Below, in pieces: positions 27,661-41,127 of a stretch of DNA of 64,000 bases (position 1 is its first letter; every line of letters starts with the position of its first letter). The stretch comes from Cycas panzhihuaensis (lineage: Eukaryota; Plantae; Cycadophyta): assembly GCA_023213395.1 (NCBI GenBank), contig CM041465.1:132749741-132813740 (forward strand). Direction: 5' to 3'. The notes below the pieces were generated by a model. It ran no database searches. It had not been told where the DNA came from and saw nothing but the letters and a program-made list of their open reading frames with translations. Made by a program: the position numbers and the translations under genes.

Positions 27661-30600
27661 TGTGAGCAATTCCTAAATTTTCTCTGAATTTTTGGAACTT
27701 GATCTTACCCAATGTTTTTATGAAGATGTTCGTTGTTTGGTCCTCCGTATTATAATATTTTAGCTCAATTTGTCATTCTTATACTAATTCTCAAATGAAA
27801 TGATGTTGTGTCTCAATATGCTTGGTTTTACCATGAAAAACTAGATTCTTTCTTATTTGTATGGTGCTTTAATTGTCACACTAGATTTTGGTTGGCCTTT
27901 GTTATTCTATTTTGAGATCTTGTAGTAGACGATGCAACCAAACTGTTTCACATACCTCTGAAACTATTGCTTTATATTCTGCCTCTACTGTTGATAAGGA
28001 ATCTGTATTTTATTTTTTTGAGCTCCATGCTATAGCTGTTGAACCCATATTAAAGGTGTAATCTGATGTAGATTTCTTGTCATCTATATCACCAGCCCAG
28101 TCTGAATCTATATGCCCTATCAATCTAAAGTTTGATGTAGACCTGTAATATAGCACAAAATCTATCGTGCCTTTAAGATATCGTAGGATTCTTTTTGTTG
28201 CTTGCCAATGAGAAGTCTTTGGATCATGCATAAATCAGTATACCACACTAGCTGCATACATGATATCAGGTCATATAGACGTCAAGTAAATTAAGCTGCT
28301 AATTAGTTACTTGTATAGTGTCAGATCCATAGGGGTAGACTCATCATGATTTGAAAGTTTTATTTCAACTTCAGTAGGAGTAGCTAAAGGTTTACATTTG
28401 CTCATCTTAAACATTTGAAGTAAGTCCAAGGTATATTTTCTTTGGGAGCTAAGAATGCTGCCATCATCTTGCCATACTTCTATTCCAAGGAAGTAATGCA
28501 TTAGACCCAAGTCAGTCATTTCAAATTCTCTACACATATCTTCCTTGAATTAATATGAGAGTTGTGGATCATTTCCTATGTAAACAAGATCATCAACATA
28601 TAATCCCACAATTAGGATCAATTTACCTTTGATCTTAGTGTATAGATTTGGGTCTGATTGAGATTTTTTGAAGCCTTGATCTATGAAATATTTGTTAATA
28701 TGGGAATACCATGCCCTAGGTGCTTGTTTAAGTCCATAAAGTGTTTTTTTAAGTTTATACACTTTGTTTTCTTTCTCCCTGACTTCAAAACCGAGTGGCT
28801 GAGAGACATAGATGTCTTCTTTGATGTAGCTATTAAGAAAATCACTTTTGACGTCCATTTGGTGAATGTCCCATTTCATTTGAGCAGCCAAATTGATAAT
28901 CATCTGAACTGCTTCCATTCTGATAATTGTTGCAAAGATCTCATTATAATCAATGCCTTCCTTTCGAGAGTATCCTTTTGTAACAAGATAAGCTTTGTGC
29001 TTGTCAATAGAGTCATCAGATCTGAATTTTGTTTTGTATATCCACTTAGTCCCAATAGGATTTTTGTTGGGAGGAAGATCAACCAATTCCCAAGTGTCAT
29101 TTTTTACAATGGAGTTGTATTCTTCCTCTAGAGCTTTTCTCCATGTAGCATCTAAATTAGCCTCATTAAAGGTTTGAGACTCATGTATTTCCATAACACG
29201 AGACATAAGGGCAAAGTTTACACTATGAGATCGAGTTGATCTTCTATTGTAATCATGATCCAACATGTTATCTATAGTATGATATCTTTGAGTCCATTTA
29301 GGAATTGTTCGTCGTGGAGATTGAGAGGTTTCCTTCCCACAAAAATTTTGTGGTGGAGGTTGAAAAGAAGTTCCCTCCCCACTTTTAACATCAATGGTCC
29401 TTCTTTAGAGTTGCCAATATGGCACATATGTGGACCTAGGATTGGAATCAAGATTTATTATCGTATTCTTTCCTTTTTCTTGATGATGATCAACATAATA
29501 GGAATCGGTTTCTTAAAAGATGACATCTCTGCTCATGATAACTTTTCTTACTTTGGATCATAAAGTTTATATAATTTTGATACATCACTATAGTCAATGA
29601 AAATGCATTTGGTACTATGATCATCAAATTTAGTCTTTTTCTGTTCAAGAATATGAGTATATTCCATACAGCCAAAAACTCTCAAATGATGGATACTTGG
29701 TTTGTATCCTGTCCATGCTTCTTTGGCAGTCTTCCATAGAAGTGCTTTAGTGGTACTTTTGTTGATCAAATATACTATAGTATATACTACTTCAGCACAA
29801 AATTGATTTCCTAATATTTTATCTTTCAGCATGCACCTTGTTATTTCAACTATGGTGTGATTCTTTCTTTCTGCTATACTATTTTGTTGAGGTGTGTAGG
29901 GATTGGTTAACTGGCGCCTGATTCCATAGTGAATATAATAAGCATTGAATTATTTGAAATGAATTCTCCCCCATTGTATAATCTTAGGGAGAGTATCTTG
30001 TGTCCACTTTGTCTCTCCACATAGGTTTTGAAGTCAACAAAGTGTTGAAACGTGTCAGATTTAAATTTCATGAAGAAAACCCATGTTTTCCTTGTATAGT
30101 CATCAATGAAAGTAATAAAGTATTTTGCTCCTCCTAGAGATGGAGTTTCTATGGGACCACAAATATCAATATATACCAATTGAAGAGGACCTTGTGCTAC
30201 ATAGGTAAAATTAGAAAAACTTCCCTTATGTTGTTTTCCAAGTAGACATCCCTCACAGACATTTTTATCCACTTTAATGTGGGGCAACCCATCAACCATG
30301 TTCATCCTTTTCATAAGTGTCAAACTACTGTAATTCAAGTGCCCAAATCTTTTATGCCACATGGTACTATCAATCTTGATGGTTGTTTTCAAAGCATAGG
30401 AATTAGATGAAGGGATGACAAGTCTGAATAGATTATCTTTTGTCATTTTTCCTCTAACAATAATTGCTTTATTTTCTCATCGCCATTATCAAATATGACT
30501 CTATAATCCTGACCCATCATATGTCCTACTGATAGTAGATTATTCCTTAAGGCTGGAATATATAGAACATCCTCAATGCATTCAGTTTCTCCTGAATTGG

Positions 30601-31909
30601 TTTGGAGAGCTACATTTCCTTTGCCAACAACTTCATAGGTTATATTGTCTCCAAACATAATAGAGCCTGTTTTGGTTGTATCCATTGTTCGAAACCAACC
30701 CCTTTTATAAGTCATGTAAGTTGAGCATCTTGAGTCAATGTACCAACTACTATCTTCATCTTCATTAGCTAGAAAGCAGGATAAGAATAGTCGATTTTCT
30801 CTATTTTGCATAGCAGTATTAGCACTTCCTTTGTTAGGTGGTCCATTTTTATTAAAACACCTATCTTATGTGTGATTAGGGTGATTGCAAAAGGTGGAAT
30901 ATGATGAATCTCTTCTCCCATAACTAAGACTTTTACTCCAACGATAAGATCTATCAATATGAGATGGCCTTCCTCTTTCTTCATGAGGAGGTGGATAATC
31001 CCTTTGTCTATGATTTGGAGGATGAAGATTTTCCCTTTGTGGCGGTATGTCCCTTTGGCAATTAGGACAACATTGATGTGGCCTTTGTTATCTTTCTTCA
31101 CTTAAATATCTAGTTTGCCTTGAATCTCTTTGATTAACTCCTTATCTTTGGTAAGGAGCTTAATATCTTAGCTACCTTTGTTGGTGTGGCATATGTCTAA
31201 AGTTTCTACTCTTTTCTTTTTGAGACTAATCCCTAGATTTATAAGTGCTTGCTTGAGCATGTGGGTGTATCCTTGCCTTAGTGGTAAAAGCATATTCAAG
31301 TGATTCATTAGATGCCTTATTCTCTTCAATGATCATTAACATCGCACTCAATTATTCTATTTTGAGGGTGCTCAAGTCTTTGGAGACTTCAATACTAGTT
31401 GTGACTATTTCAAAACTTGGTACGATAATGACACATCGCAAAATCCTTTCAACAACTCTTTGTTCCGTTAAGGTCTCTCCAAGAGATCTCATATTATTAA
31501 CTAGGTATTGTACCTTTATTATAAAGTCAGTAACTAATTCATTTGAATTTGTCCTTAGGTTTTCAAATTTACTCCTAAGGTTTTAAAACTTTAATGAAGC
31601 CACTCCTTCATAAATCAGTTGAAAAGTATCCCATACTTACTTTGATGTGGTTGCTTCACTCACTCTTGGAAAGATTTTATCATCAATAGCACAAAACAAT
31701 AATGCTAGAGCTTCATTGTCTTTCTTGACAATTTCTTTGAATACCCTCTTTTATTCATTTGTAGCTTGGTCACCTGGATTTATATAGACTATCTGAACTA
31801 TATCCCATAACTCATTTGACATGAGGATAGATTTTATTTTTTTGCTCCAAATTAAAAAATATGTCCCATCGAATACTAGAATAGTCATATTTCCTATGCT
31901 TGTTACCAT
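27661..31909 (-). pseudogene. Disrupted copia gag-pol (gag-PR-GAGpre-INT-RT-RH), Ivana/Oryco-like gag
   Basis: ATG at 31909 (MVTSIGNMTILVFDGTYF). WYIDSRCS protease (30443-30811); WHKRFGHLN and FITFIDDYTRKTWV integrase (29907-30446); RT with GLKQAPRAWY and LYVDDL (28550-29266); RNase H DSDWAGD (28010-28231). Confidence 0.93.
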
Positions 31910-32040
31910 GTTACTCAACTTAGGTTATGATAGTAATCCTTTAGTAAATAAAATATGTTTATCCCACCAAGGTTTTGGTTAAATAAATAAAAAGGTTTTT
32001 CAAGTTTAACCCAAGGTTTTATCCAAAGTTTTAAATAAGT

Positions 32041-32480
32041 GAACTAGTACCTATTAAGGCTACTAGGCTCTAAGTTTAAGTTTCTCTTAGGGTAACCTTT
32101 AGTTGCTATCTTGTCTAGTGGCACCTGTCCATAGATGGTAAAACATGGATCCAATATACTGGTACGTGAGTGCTAGGCTCTATATACCTTAGTACGCAGG
32201 CTACTAAGAAGGTTTTTACACCCCCTTAAATTATTGACCCACTTGCATTGGACTTATACCTAGCGACAAATCTAGCTGTGAAGGTTCTCAAACCAAGGCA
32301 CTCACCATCTCCAAGTCTAGCCTTGGTCTCCAAGCACCACAAATGGAATAGGTTCTACACCTAAGCTTGCTACCGAATATACTTGATAGCTAATGGCTAT
32401 CCTCATCTAATATGAGTAGGCCAATTAGCAAGTGCGAGGTGGTAACTTCAGGGGTCCTAATCGTTCCCCTTGCAAGGCTA
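32041..32480 (-). promoter_or_regulatory. Conserved structured non-coding leader module upstream of gag (copia-1)
   Basis: Colinear with 48381-48820, with identical blocks and shared hairpins; function inferred only. Confidence 0.6.
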
Positions 32481-35400
32481 AAAAAAAAAAAGATGTTCAA
32501 TTCTGGTAATTATCTGATTTAATATGAGAAAAATTTATTATAGATGGTCTTTCTTATAAACAATATTTCTTTTAGAATAAAAAAAACTAAAATAGAACTT
32601 GAAAATAAAGACTAAAAATTAAATTTCTTTCAATACTCAAATATCAATTTAAAAAATAAAGTATGAAATATTTTTTTCAATAAAAGAATGCTTTTAATTT
32701 TAAAACAAAATTCTCCCTTTAAAAGTATAAATGATTAATCTCATAATAAGGAAACTATGAGCAAATTTGAATATATATTCATACCTTTAAACCAATCAAA
32801 TGCCTTTTTCAAAAAAACTAATTGTTTAATGTTTAAAGAAGTCTATATGCACTTTCCTTTCAAAATAAAGATGTATATCTATGATTTCCCTATTTATGCA
32901 ATCTGAAAATTAAAAAAAAAATGCTCTCCCCCTTTGAAGTATTAGGTTCCTTTATAAAAAATAAGAACTTTTTCCTTTAAAAAATATGAAACAAAGATTG
33001 AAAAAGAATTCTAAATGAAAGCCAAGTGAGCTCCTTTAATCAAGTTTTGTAAGTAGGTTGTGTTGAGAAAGGAGGGGGCTAATTGTTCTTTAATAATCAC
33101 AAATAAGTGTAAATAATCAAACACAAAGGGACTCTAAATAAGTTTTAAATTTGATAAAAGTGAAAAATATGACAAGAAATACTTATTCACCGAATCAAAT
33201 GAAACAGATGGGCTCCTTTTACTCTAGAGGCCCAAAAGTAGGCTAAATGAGCTACAAAATAGCTTAAAAGCTTAATAAATACTAACAAATCCTGTTAATT
33301 ATCAGTTTTATATAAACATCAAGTGAGATATATTCAGAATTAGAAAGAAATTTATCTCAAAAGTCTTAAAGAAAGTCCAACTAAGACTTGAATGAAACCT
33401 CAATTTTATGAGCTTTTAAAGTCTACAAGAAAACTTTAAAATTTATAAATAAATATGTCAGTGCAAATATAAATGAGTTAGCTTCCCAACGACACTAACG
33501 GATCTAAAATCTAATATGAATCAGAAAAGTTATATCGAAAAAGGTGAAAGGTACTTTTTATGTTAATAACTCAAAAAAAACGTTTTTAAAAAATGATTGA
33601 CTTTAATTTATTAAAATCCGGTCAAGACGGCTTTAAAGGTAGTAAATAACTAGTCGAAATTGAAGCCCACAAAATTCTAGACTCAACAAGATAGGTTTCA
33701 TCAAAAATTGATACCCCAATGAAAAGATATTATGAAAAAGATCTAGGTACCATATGTATTAAGAAAAAATTAAAAAAAAAATAAAAAGAAAGAAAATGTT
33801 TATAAAGTTAAGAATGCCCCTTTAACAAATGAGCTATGGGTCACATGGGCTAATGTGACCAGGGACTAGGGCCAAAAAAAGAGGCTAACCTCTATTACAA
33901 ATAGATTTGAAGAGCTTATATAGAATAATTAAATTTAATACAACTTAATATTATTTACGTAGTATTAAAAAAAAAACATTGAAATACATCGAGTTAAACC
34001 AGCGACCGGGCAGTGCAAATGGAGGCAAAATCAGATCAATCGAATGCAGATCTAGGCACCAAGATCCCACTGTGGGAAATATTTCAAAATATATTTATAT
34101 ATTTCAAAAAAAATATTAAAGAAAGGAAAGAAAACATATTGAATTACAACAACAAGTGTAGGAGATTTCTCTTCTCGTCGATGAGAGGCTTCACGCAGAG
34201 AGCAAATCTCAGGTGACGCCAGCTGAGTAGATAAAGAGAAAGCTAACACAGGGTTACCATGGAGACGTAAGTATACAGGGAGTCGCGCGATGTGACAGTG
34301 GAGACAAACGTTGAAACCTTCATACATAGGTCACAAAGATTACATGAGAAGAGATGCTAGACATAGAAGCATGCAAAGACAGGGCGCCATGAGAGTGCAG
34401 AGACAAGGGCGAGCCACAAAGGTTACACACAGTCGTACAGAATGCGGGAGGTGAGACACCTTTCAGTGATGATAAAGAAATGTGGCAGGAGAAGGGTTAG
34501 CAATACAGGCGTCTCCAAGATCAGGAATAAGACTGGTGTTAATTACTGAGCAAAGCATGTAGACTTAGGCAAAATACGCCAAGCTTATTCCTAAATAGAT
34601 GGTCACAATAAGCAACAAAGGGAGGAAATTCATTGTATTGGGATATCCTTTGTGGCTGATGTTTTAGATCCGAATGTGACTAAGGAGTATCTTGACCGTG
34701 TCTAGAAATGAAGTAAGAGGAAGAGATACGTCTTTGGTTTTGCCTTTGTACGATTTTGCTTATGTACTCTCTCTTCGAAGGCATATTGTGGTTAAAGTTT
34801 GGCAAATAAATGACAAGTAATATAGATGTAAAAGGATAATGTATATAAAAATCAGCCTTATAAATGTTAAAACATCAAATTGATAAAAACGAAGATGGAG
34901 CTTTAACAACCACACAGATTTGAGCAGATACGAAGGCACGGATAATCTCCAAAACCACTTAAAACAAGATGGCCAAATGCAAATCAAGGTTTCTTCACAC
35001 AATAGGTATATCACGGAAGAAACAAAGCCACAAATGAAACCAAAATTTTCAAATATAATGGAGAAAGTATATTAGAGAAATATATATATTTATATCTAAA
35101 ACATAAAACATGAAGAACCTGGTAATGTAGCTGTGACCGATTTGTAGAAGATTGACTACAGAGAGTGAGATCTTCTTTTATTGAAGGTGAAACTTTGAGC
35201 CAATTTCTCCAATGGATAGATGGGCTTGCCAAGAATCCAACAAGCAGTTATATGCTGCACTTTCGTTAAGTGGATGAAGAGTCAGATCAACAAAATGAAT
35301 ATCAACCAACCCTTTAACTCTGATACCAAATGTTATTCGCAGAGGAGCAGAGCAGGTTAGGATGCCATCATGATTAACAAATTTTCATATAATAGAAGGC

Positions 35401-38400
35401 GGTGTTGAAAAACACCTAGGTTGTAATACAACCCTTTAAATAGAATTTAGGGGAGGCGCTTAAGCGCCTCAACCCGCCCTACATGTTAACCGTCAAAAAA
35501 TAAAAAATAAATTAAAATAATAAAACATACCTGGATATGTCGAATGATGACGACTTCAGGAGGCTCTAGGTGTCCTAAGGAGCCCCAAAGGTGGATTTAG
35601 GGGGCCCTAGGCGCACATATCCTTAGGACATTAGGGATTATCCCAACAGAAAAATAATAGCTAAGTAAATAAATCAAAGGAAAGGATTTCAATTTTTTTT
35701 TTTACCATGAGAAAAAAAATTCCTTTTTTTTACTCCCTTATTATTATGTTTGTTTCATAAACGTGTTTTTTCACTTCAAATGGTCCTATAAACTAGGTTT
35801 TGATACCACTTATGATCTATTTGTCCTAATATACACTCAATTATCTTCAAACTTAAAGGGTATATTAATAAGATTTAATCAACAAATACAACACCTTTAT
35901 TAGTAGAATAGAAATTGATTATAAAGAATAAGGTTGCATAAGGGCATCAAATAATACTAAAGAGAGTTGAAATTGTACTTAAGTATAATCTCACAAAAAA
36001 TGACTATACACAAACCTCACTCTACATTAGGTCAACCTTAATAGACAAGAGAGGCCTCTTACATAGAATATCATTGGTAGGATAAACAACCTTTAATTCT
36101 ATTGGTAGACATAAGCAACCTATGTACAAAAGTTAATAGTTAGTGATAACTACCAAAGTCCCTCATCATATGTGCTAACAAACTAATTTTATTTAATAAT
36201 AAGTGGTTATGTGACAAAGGAAAAAATAATCAACTTTTAAGGTAAGCCAAATAGTCAACATTTTTATGAAAGAAACTCATAAATTACATGAATTCTTAAA
36301 GGTCATTTCAATTTTCATTAGCAACTTCTAAAAAGATATATTCAATCTAGTAGGGACTAAATTAACCATGAGCATTGCATACCATCCTCAAATATATAGT
36401 CAATTCAAAGTGGTAAATAAATGTTTTTAAGGATATGTTAAATGCTTTACATCAAATAAGTAGTTGCATTAGTACAAGTAGTTACATTTAATAGAATAAT
36501 GGCATAATACCACATATCACATAGCAACTCAAAGCATTATATGGTTGTGCACTATATAGTTTCGACCTACTATCTTAAATCCATATTATTACTCAATCCA
36601 AGGTCACAACAATAATAAAATAGATGGAAAAAATAGAAGACATCCTTCATAATCTTAAGGATGATCTAAATACCACAAGGAATATAATAAAGTAATAATA
36701 AGATCTACACTATTAATAGAGATAGCTTGTAGTAGGTGATTAGGCATTTTAAGTCTATAGCCTATAAATAAGCTACTATAAAAAAATCTAAGAAACATAA
36801 GCTCTACTCAAGTTCTATGAACTATTTTAGGTATAGAGAAAAATTGACAAAGTGGTATACCAGCTCAATCTACCAGACAATAGGATATATAATGTCTTCT
36901 ACATATCCTATTTGAAGAAAAATATTGGAAACTAGATCATTCCCTAAATTTTTCTATCAAAGTTAAATGAATAAGGGCCCTTAATTATGAAGCCTAAGAG
37001 TGTAATTAACACTACGATGAAGCAATAGTGAAATGGATAAATCAAGGAATATCTGCTAAAATAAAAGGATATGGATCTTGAAGATGCCATCAAGGAAGAT
37101 AAAGCTTAATGCCAACAAAATTTATAGGTTGTAATGCTTTAAACACAAAGCATCTTTTAGTGGAGGGATTTGTTATATATCGACATCTCCTTTAGAACCT
37201 GCTCATGAGTAATTTTAGGAGGCATTAGTATGGGTTTATTATCATCAACTAATTTTGGAGTAGCTAGTTATTTATAAATAATCATAAGCTGCAAGTATTT
37301 TAGAGGAGTCCTCGCTTAGAAGAGAATCAAAAATTTTTCATTCATTTAATTTGTGTACTCATTTATTCTTATTTAATAAATATCTTTTAATTTTAGTTTT
37401 GGCATGTATTAATATTAGTTTAAGATATCCACACTTGGTGCTTGACATATTTCTTCTAATGACCTCTTTATGCTTGACATTCATCCTTATTGATTATTAT
37501 CTTAGGATTGACCTATATTAGAATCTCATTGATGATGCATATGGCAACATTAATGAGATTCCAATATTAATTATTAAGGTTATTAATTATTTTGAATCTC
37601 TTATATTTGACTATTTGATCCTAATTACTATTATATATTAACCATTCCACCAATCCTTATAATAGAAAGTGTAATGTATTAATATAAACCTTGATAGTTA
37701 TGTTTGATGATTAAATTTCTTTTAATTTACACACATCATAGGAATCCCTCTCAAATGGGAAAATTATATCTACACATAATTGCCACATGCCATGAATATA
37801 TTAACTCTCATAGAGATATAAGCATAGTATATAGTGTGCCATCTTGAGTATCCACATTCACATTAATTATGTGCATCTAATGACTATAATGCTTTACCAA
37901 AATTTTAGGATGTATTGTAACCTTTTCATTGAGATATTTAATGTGGATCTATGACATTAGAGATTCCACACCTAAATGGATAATTGACATATCATAGGGT
38001 TCACTATATATTTAGTATATTCTTATTTATATTCCTTATATATGTCTCAAGTATCATGCTAGGACTACTAGTTGCATGTTTCAAGATTAATATAGTACGT
38101 GTTCCCTAGTATTTTTATATATTATTGGAGACTATTTTTATATCATAAACATATCATTTATAACATTTGGACTTTAGTAAGATTTTTCTAGATATAAGAG
38201 AGAGTACTATTATTATATATCATTGACATTCATATATACCCTTAAAAGATGACATTTCATTAATGGTATATATATATATATATACGATCTCTTATGAGTT
38301 GCAAGTATTATGGTTGGAAAATTGAGTATATTTTGATAAAGACCATGTTGATTTCTACATCATGATGGCTCTAATTAGAGGATGTAATCATCATAAGTGC

Positions 38401-39731
38401 ATGATACTTGCACAATGGTATTTAACATCATTATGAGGATAATGTATGCCATCACCTTTTAACATGGAATTCTACACATTGAGAGGAATTAATTTGTGTT
38501 TACAACATCATAGTAGATGATAATAACAACAAGGTGAGAGCATTGAGATTTATGGTTATGCTTCGAGGAGATTACAATCTTTCAAGATTACACATTGATT
38601 CCACGACTAAATAATAACAAAAATACTAAAGTACTACTTATTATTATAAGTTAGAACTAATATAATACTAGCAACAAGTTTAAGTTACACTAAAAAAAAT
38701 AAGTACTGAAATGATGGTATATATAGCAATATACAAATGAATGAAATAATAACAAATATAATAGATTCATAAGGCAATGAAATATAATATAACTTATCTT
38801 TATTACAAAACATCCATAAGATAATAAAATGTATTTTATAGTTGTTGTCCCTCTTTGAGGCAAAGAAACCTCTAAAAATAACATCCTATTTCAAAAAAGA
38901 GAAAAGGAAAAAAATCCAAAAGTTTATTCTTCCAAATTATCTATTTATTTATTATACATAAATGCACATCCAAATCCTTAATTATTTTAGGCTAAAGCTA
39001 GCTTTAAAATAATTAATATTCTAGAATGAAGTTGTCTTTAATAATTTGTATTTATGTCTACATATTTAAAACTGAAATAACTTTATCATATAATGTCCAT
39101 TGATATCTATAACCATTTATTTTGAAGCTAATGAAAAGACCTACAACATAATCCATATTTTATAATCTAATTTCTTTCATTTTAATATTATAATTTTAAA
39201 ATAATTAATATCTCATCGTCCCAGTAGAAACACAATAATTAACACCCTTTTAATATGTTTTTCCCTTAAAGCATAGGTATCTGTAGATGTTGATACTATC
39301 ACGATTCACCTTCTACATGAAGTCGGTGCATATGTTTAAGGATTGGCTCCACTTGGTCAACTTGATCATACGATAGTTCTTCATAATAAGAATGGAGTGC
39401 AAACATTCTCCTATTCTTGGCATGCTTCTCTCTTGAAGGATTTTAAAACTTGAGTTTCAATGAATCTTATGGATTATCTCTTGATATTAAGATTGCTCTC
39501 ATTCTAATTCTTTCAAGGTTTTTAATGATTTAATTGATAAAATACCTGTCATCTCTTCTTGTATTGATATTATTATACTTGTAGTTTTATTTCTCGGCCA
39601 TGCTTTATTGGTAGAACATGCTTATTTCCCATTACCTATCTCTTTTATGGAATAACCTTAACTATAGAAATGATGATGTCCTTCTCCTTCATGTCTTGCC
39701 TTTAGATATCATTGAGCCCCTCTAGTACTAA

Positions 39732-41029
39732 TGTAACACACCTTACATTTGGTAGATCCTAGGGCCTATGTATTGTAAGTTAACCCTGCTTGAGATCTTG
39801 TATTATAATTCTATATTACATCCATGGAGATTTGTCTTTAAAAAAGGGACACAACTTAGATGGAGAAAGATGAGGTTAGTATGGATAAAGGACAAGGAAT
39901 GAGGAATATGATGAGGATTCCATATGGGCAAGTGATTCACATGACACTACATGAGAAGGGTACGTAGAAGGTGGAAATTGAGATAATTGGCATGAATAAA
40001 AGACTAGAATAGAATAAAAGAAATTCTATACGGACAAGTGATATAGATGATAACCTATAAGAATGATATAGAGGAAATGGATCTTAAGTGTTAAGGCCTA
40101 TTAAGAGATGATGGGAGGGTAAAGATTAATGTTACTTAAGATTGAGATTAGGATGTACAAAGTATGGTTGTTTAGAGAGAATAAGGAGCAAGAAGGTATG
40201 ATGTATATTATATATTGGTAAGTGGTTTGGATGGAGATATATAGGAAGGGTATGTTAAAGATGAAACTTGAGTATAAGGTATTATCATGGAGTGAGAGGG
40301 GTAATAAAGGGTAAGGATGATATGGTAACTTATATGGGACATCAATAGGTAAGGGATGCAAAAGTTTAATGGGATAAGAGTAAGGGATGGAACAATCTAT
40401 ACAGATGGGGGAGGGAGATAGAGGGAAGGGAGACATATAAGGTGAAATTTAAAGTTTGGATGATAAATTGTAAGGATGATATAGGACATAAGAGAGATTA
40501 GAGAATGATATATGTGTGGAATTAATGGGAAGAAGATAGGGAATTAGGGAATTAGAGATCAAAGGTATGATAGATGTTCTTTATGGACAAATAATTTATA
40601 TAGGGATGTTTGAAAAAGATATACGAGAAGTAAGGGTAATAGGTAAATATGATGTGGGTTAGAAGCAAGGGTAGGGAATGATGTATATGAAGAGTAATAA
40701 AAAGATGAATGATGTATATGAAGAGTAACAAAAACATAACAATAATGATAATGTAGCTTATGAGAAAAAGAAACAAAAGGAAAGAAATAAATGAAGCATG
40801 ATGAAAATGATGGAGATTGGTTAAGCTAGAAGATAAAGGGTATGGGGGGTTAATGAGAGGAAAGAGAACATCATGACGATGAAAATGATGTGCATTAAGT
40901 ATGGACTTTTAGTAAGTAGAGAATGTGGGATTCTTTAGAATCATATAAAATGAAAATTCAAGGAGAACTATAGAACTACCAACAAAAACAAAAGACTGCA
41001 TAACAAGATCTAAATTCTCACTAGTTACA
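39732..41029. mobile_element. Possible solo LTR (TGTAAC...GTTACA) with purine-rich interior
   Basis: 6-bp inverted termini and strong G/A skew on the + strand; flanks ACTAA/TCATC do not match as a TSD. Confidence 0.4.
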
Positions 41030-41127
41030 TCATCTAAGTTGTCATGTTGTCTTGATTTTGAGGTTGATTCATTTTCATATTACTTTGAGATGGATTTTGG
41101 TGCACTTTGTTAATGTATGTCTACTAC

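Larger units (their letters stand above)
27324..35648 (-). mobile_element. Full-length decayed Ty1/copia LTR retrotransposon with ~3.4-kb 5' leader (copia-1)
   Basis: LTRs 27324-27640 and 35331-35648 (TG..CA). TSD GAAAA at 27319-27323 and 35649-35653. PBS rev. ACTCTGATACCA at 35317-35328; PPT rev. TTCTCCCCCA at 27641-27650. Confidence 0.96.
20342..36216 (-). mobile_element. Old Ty3/gypsy chromovirus with nested insertions
   Basis: Diverged LTRs 20342-20759 and 35811-36216. PBS rev. GTTTTGATACCA at 35797-35808 and PPT rev. at 20761-20775. Degenerate TSD TAGGG/AAGGA. Integrase fragment 21596-21814 (MDYIIGL..FDSILVIINKPTKYTYFLP); chromodomain remnant about 20790-20900 (NRTICEYLV*W); RT remnants about 22800-23450. 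Confidence 0.85.
15385..37447 (+). mobile_element. Old 5'-truncated Ty3/gypsy chromovirus (host of nest A), related to element 53392-58983
   Basis: Manual translation: RT-RH at 15385-16316 (KRFIKGYSH, VAYESHK, INHDSLKYFL, RWVSKLQ). Integrase resumes at 20234-20341 (EEILIDFIV..IDRLIKCAHFR) and 36217-37150 (QIVNIFMKETHKLHE). PPT AGTGGAGGGA at 37159-37168; probable 3' LTR from TG at 37171 to about 37447. Confidence 0.8.

Noticed and set aside
28658-29131. 157-aa + strand ORF (and similar ORFs at 45157, 45731, 57854, 62746)
   Set aside because: Antisense shadows of pol or FRO coding sequence
32041-32480. Hammerhead ribozyme / retrozyme in the conserved leader module
   Set aside because: No CTGANGA..GAAA core with the required stems seen in both copies
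40101-40776. Pro/Ile/Leu-rich ORFs
   Set aside because: By-products of the purine/pyrimidine-skewed low-complexity tract
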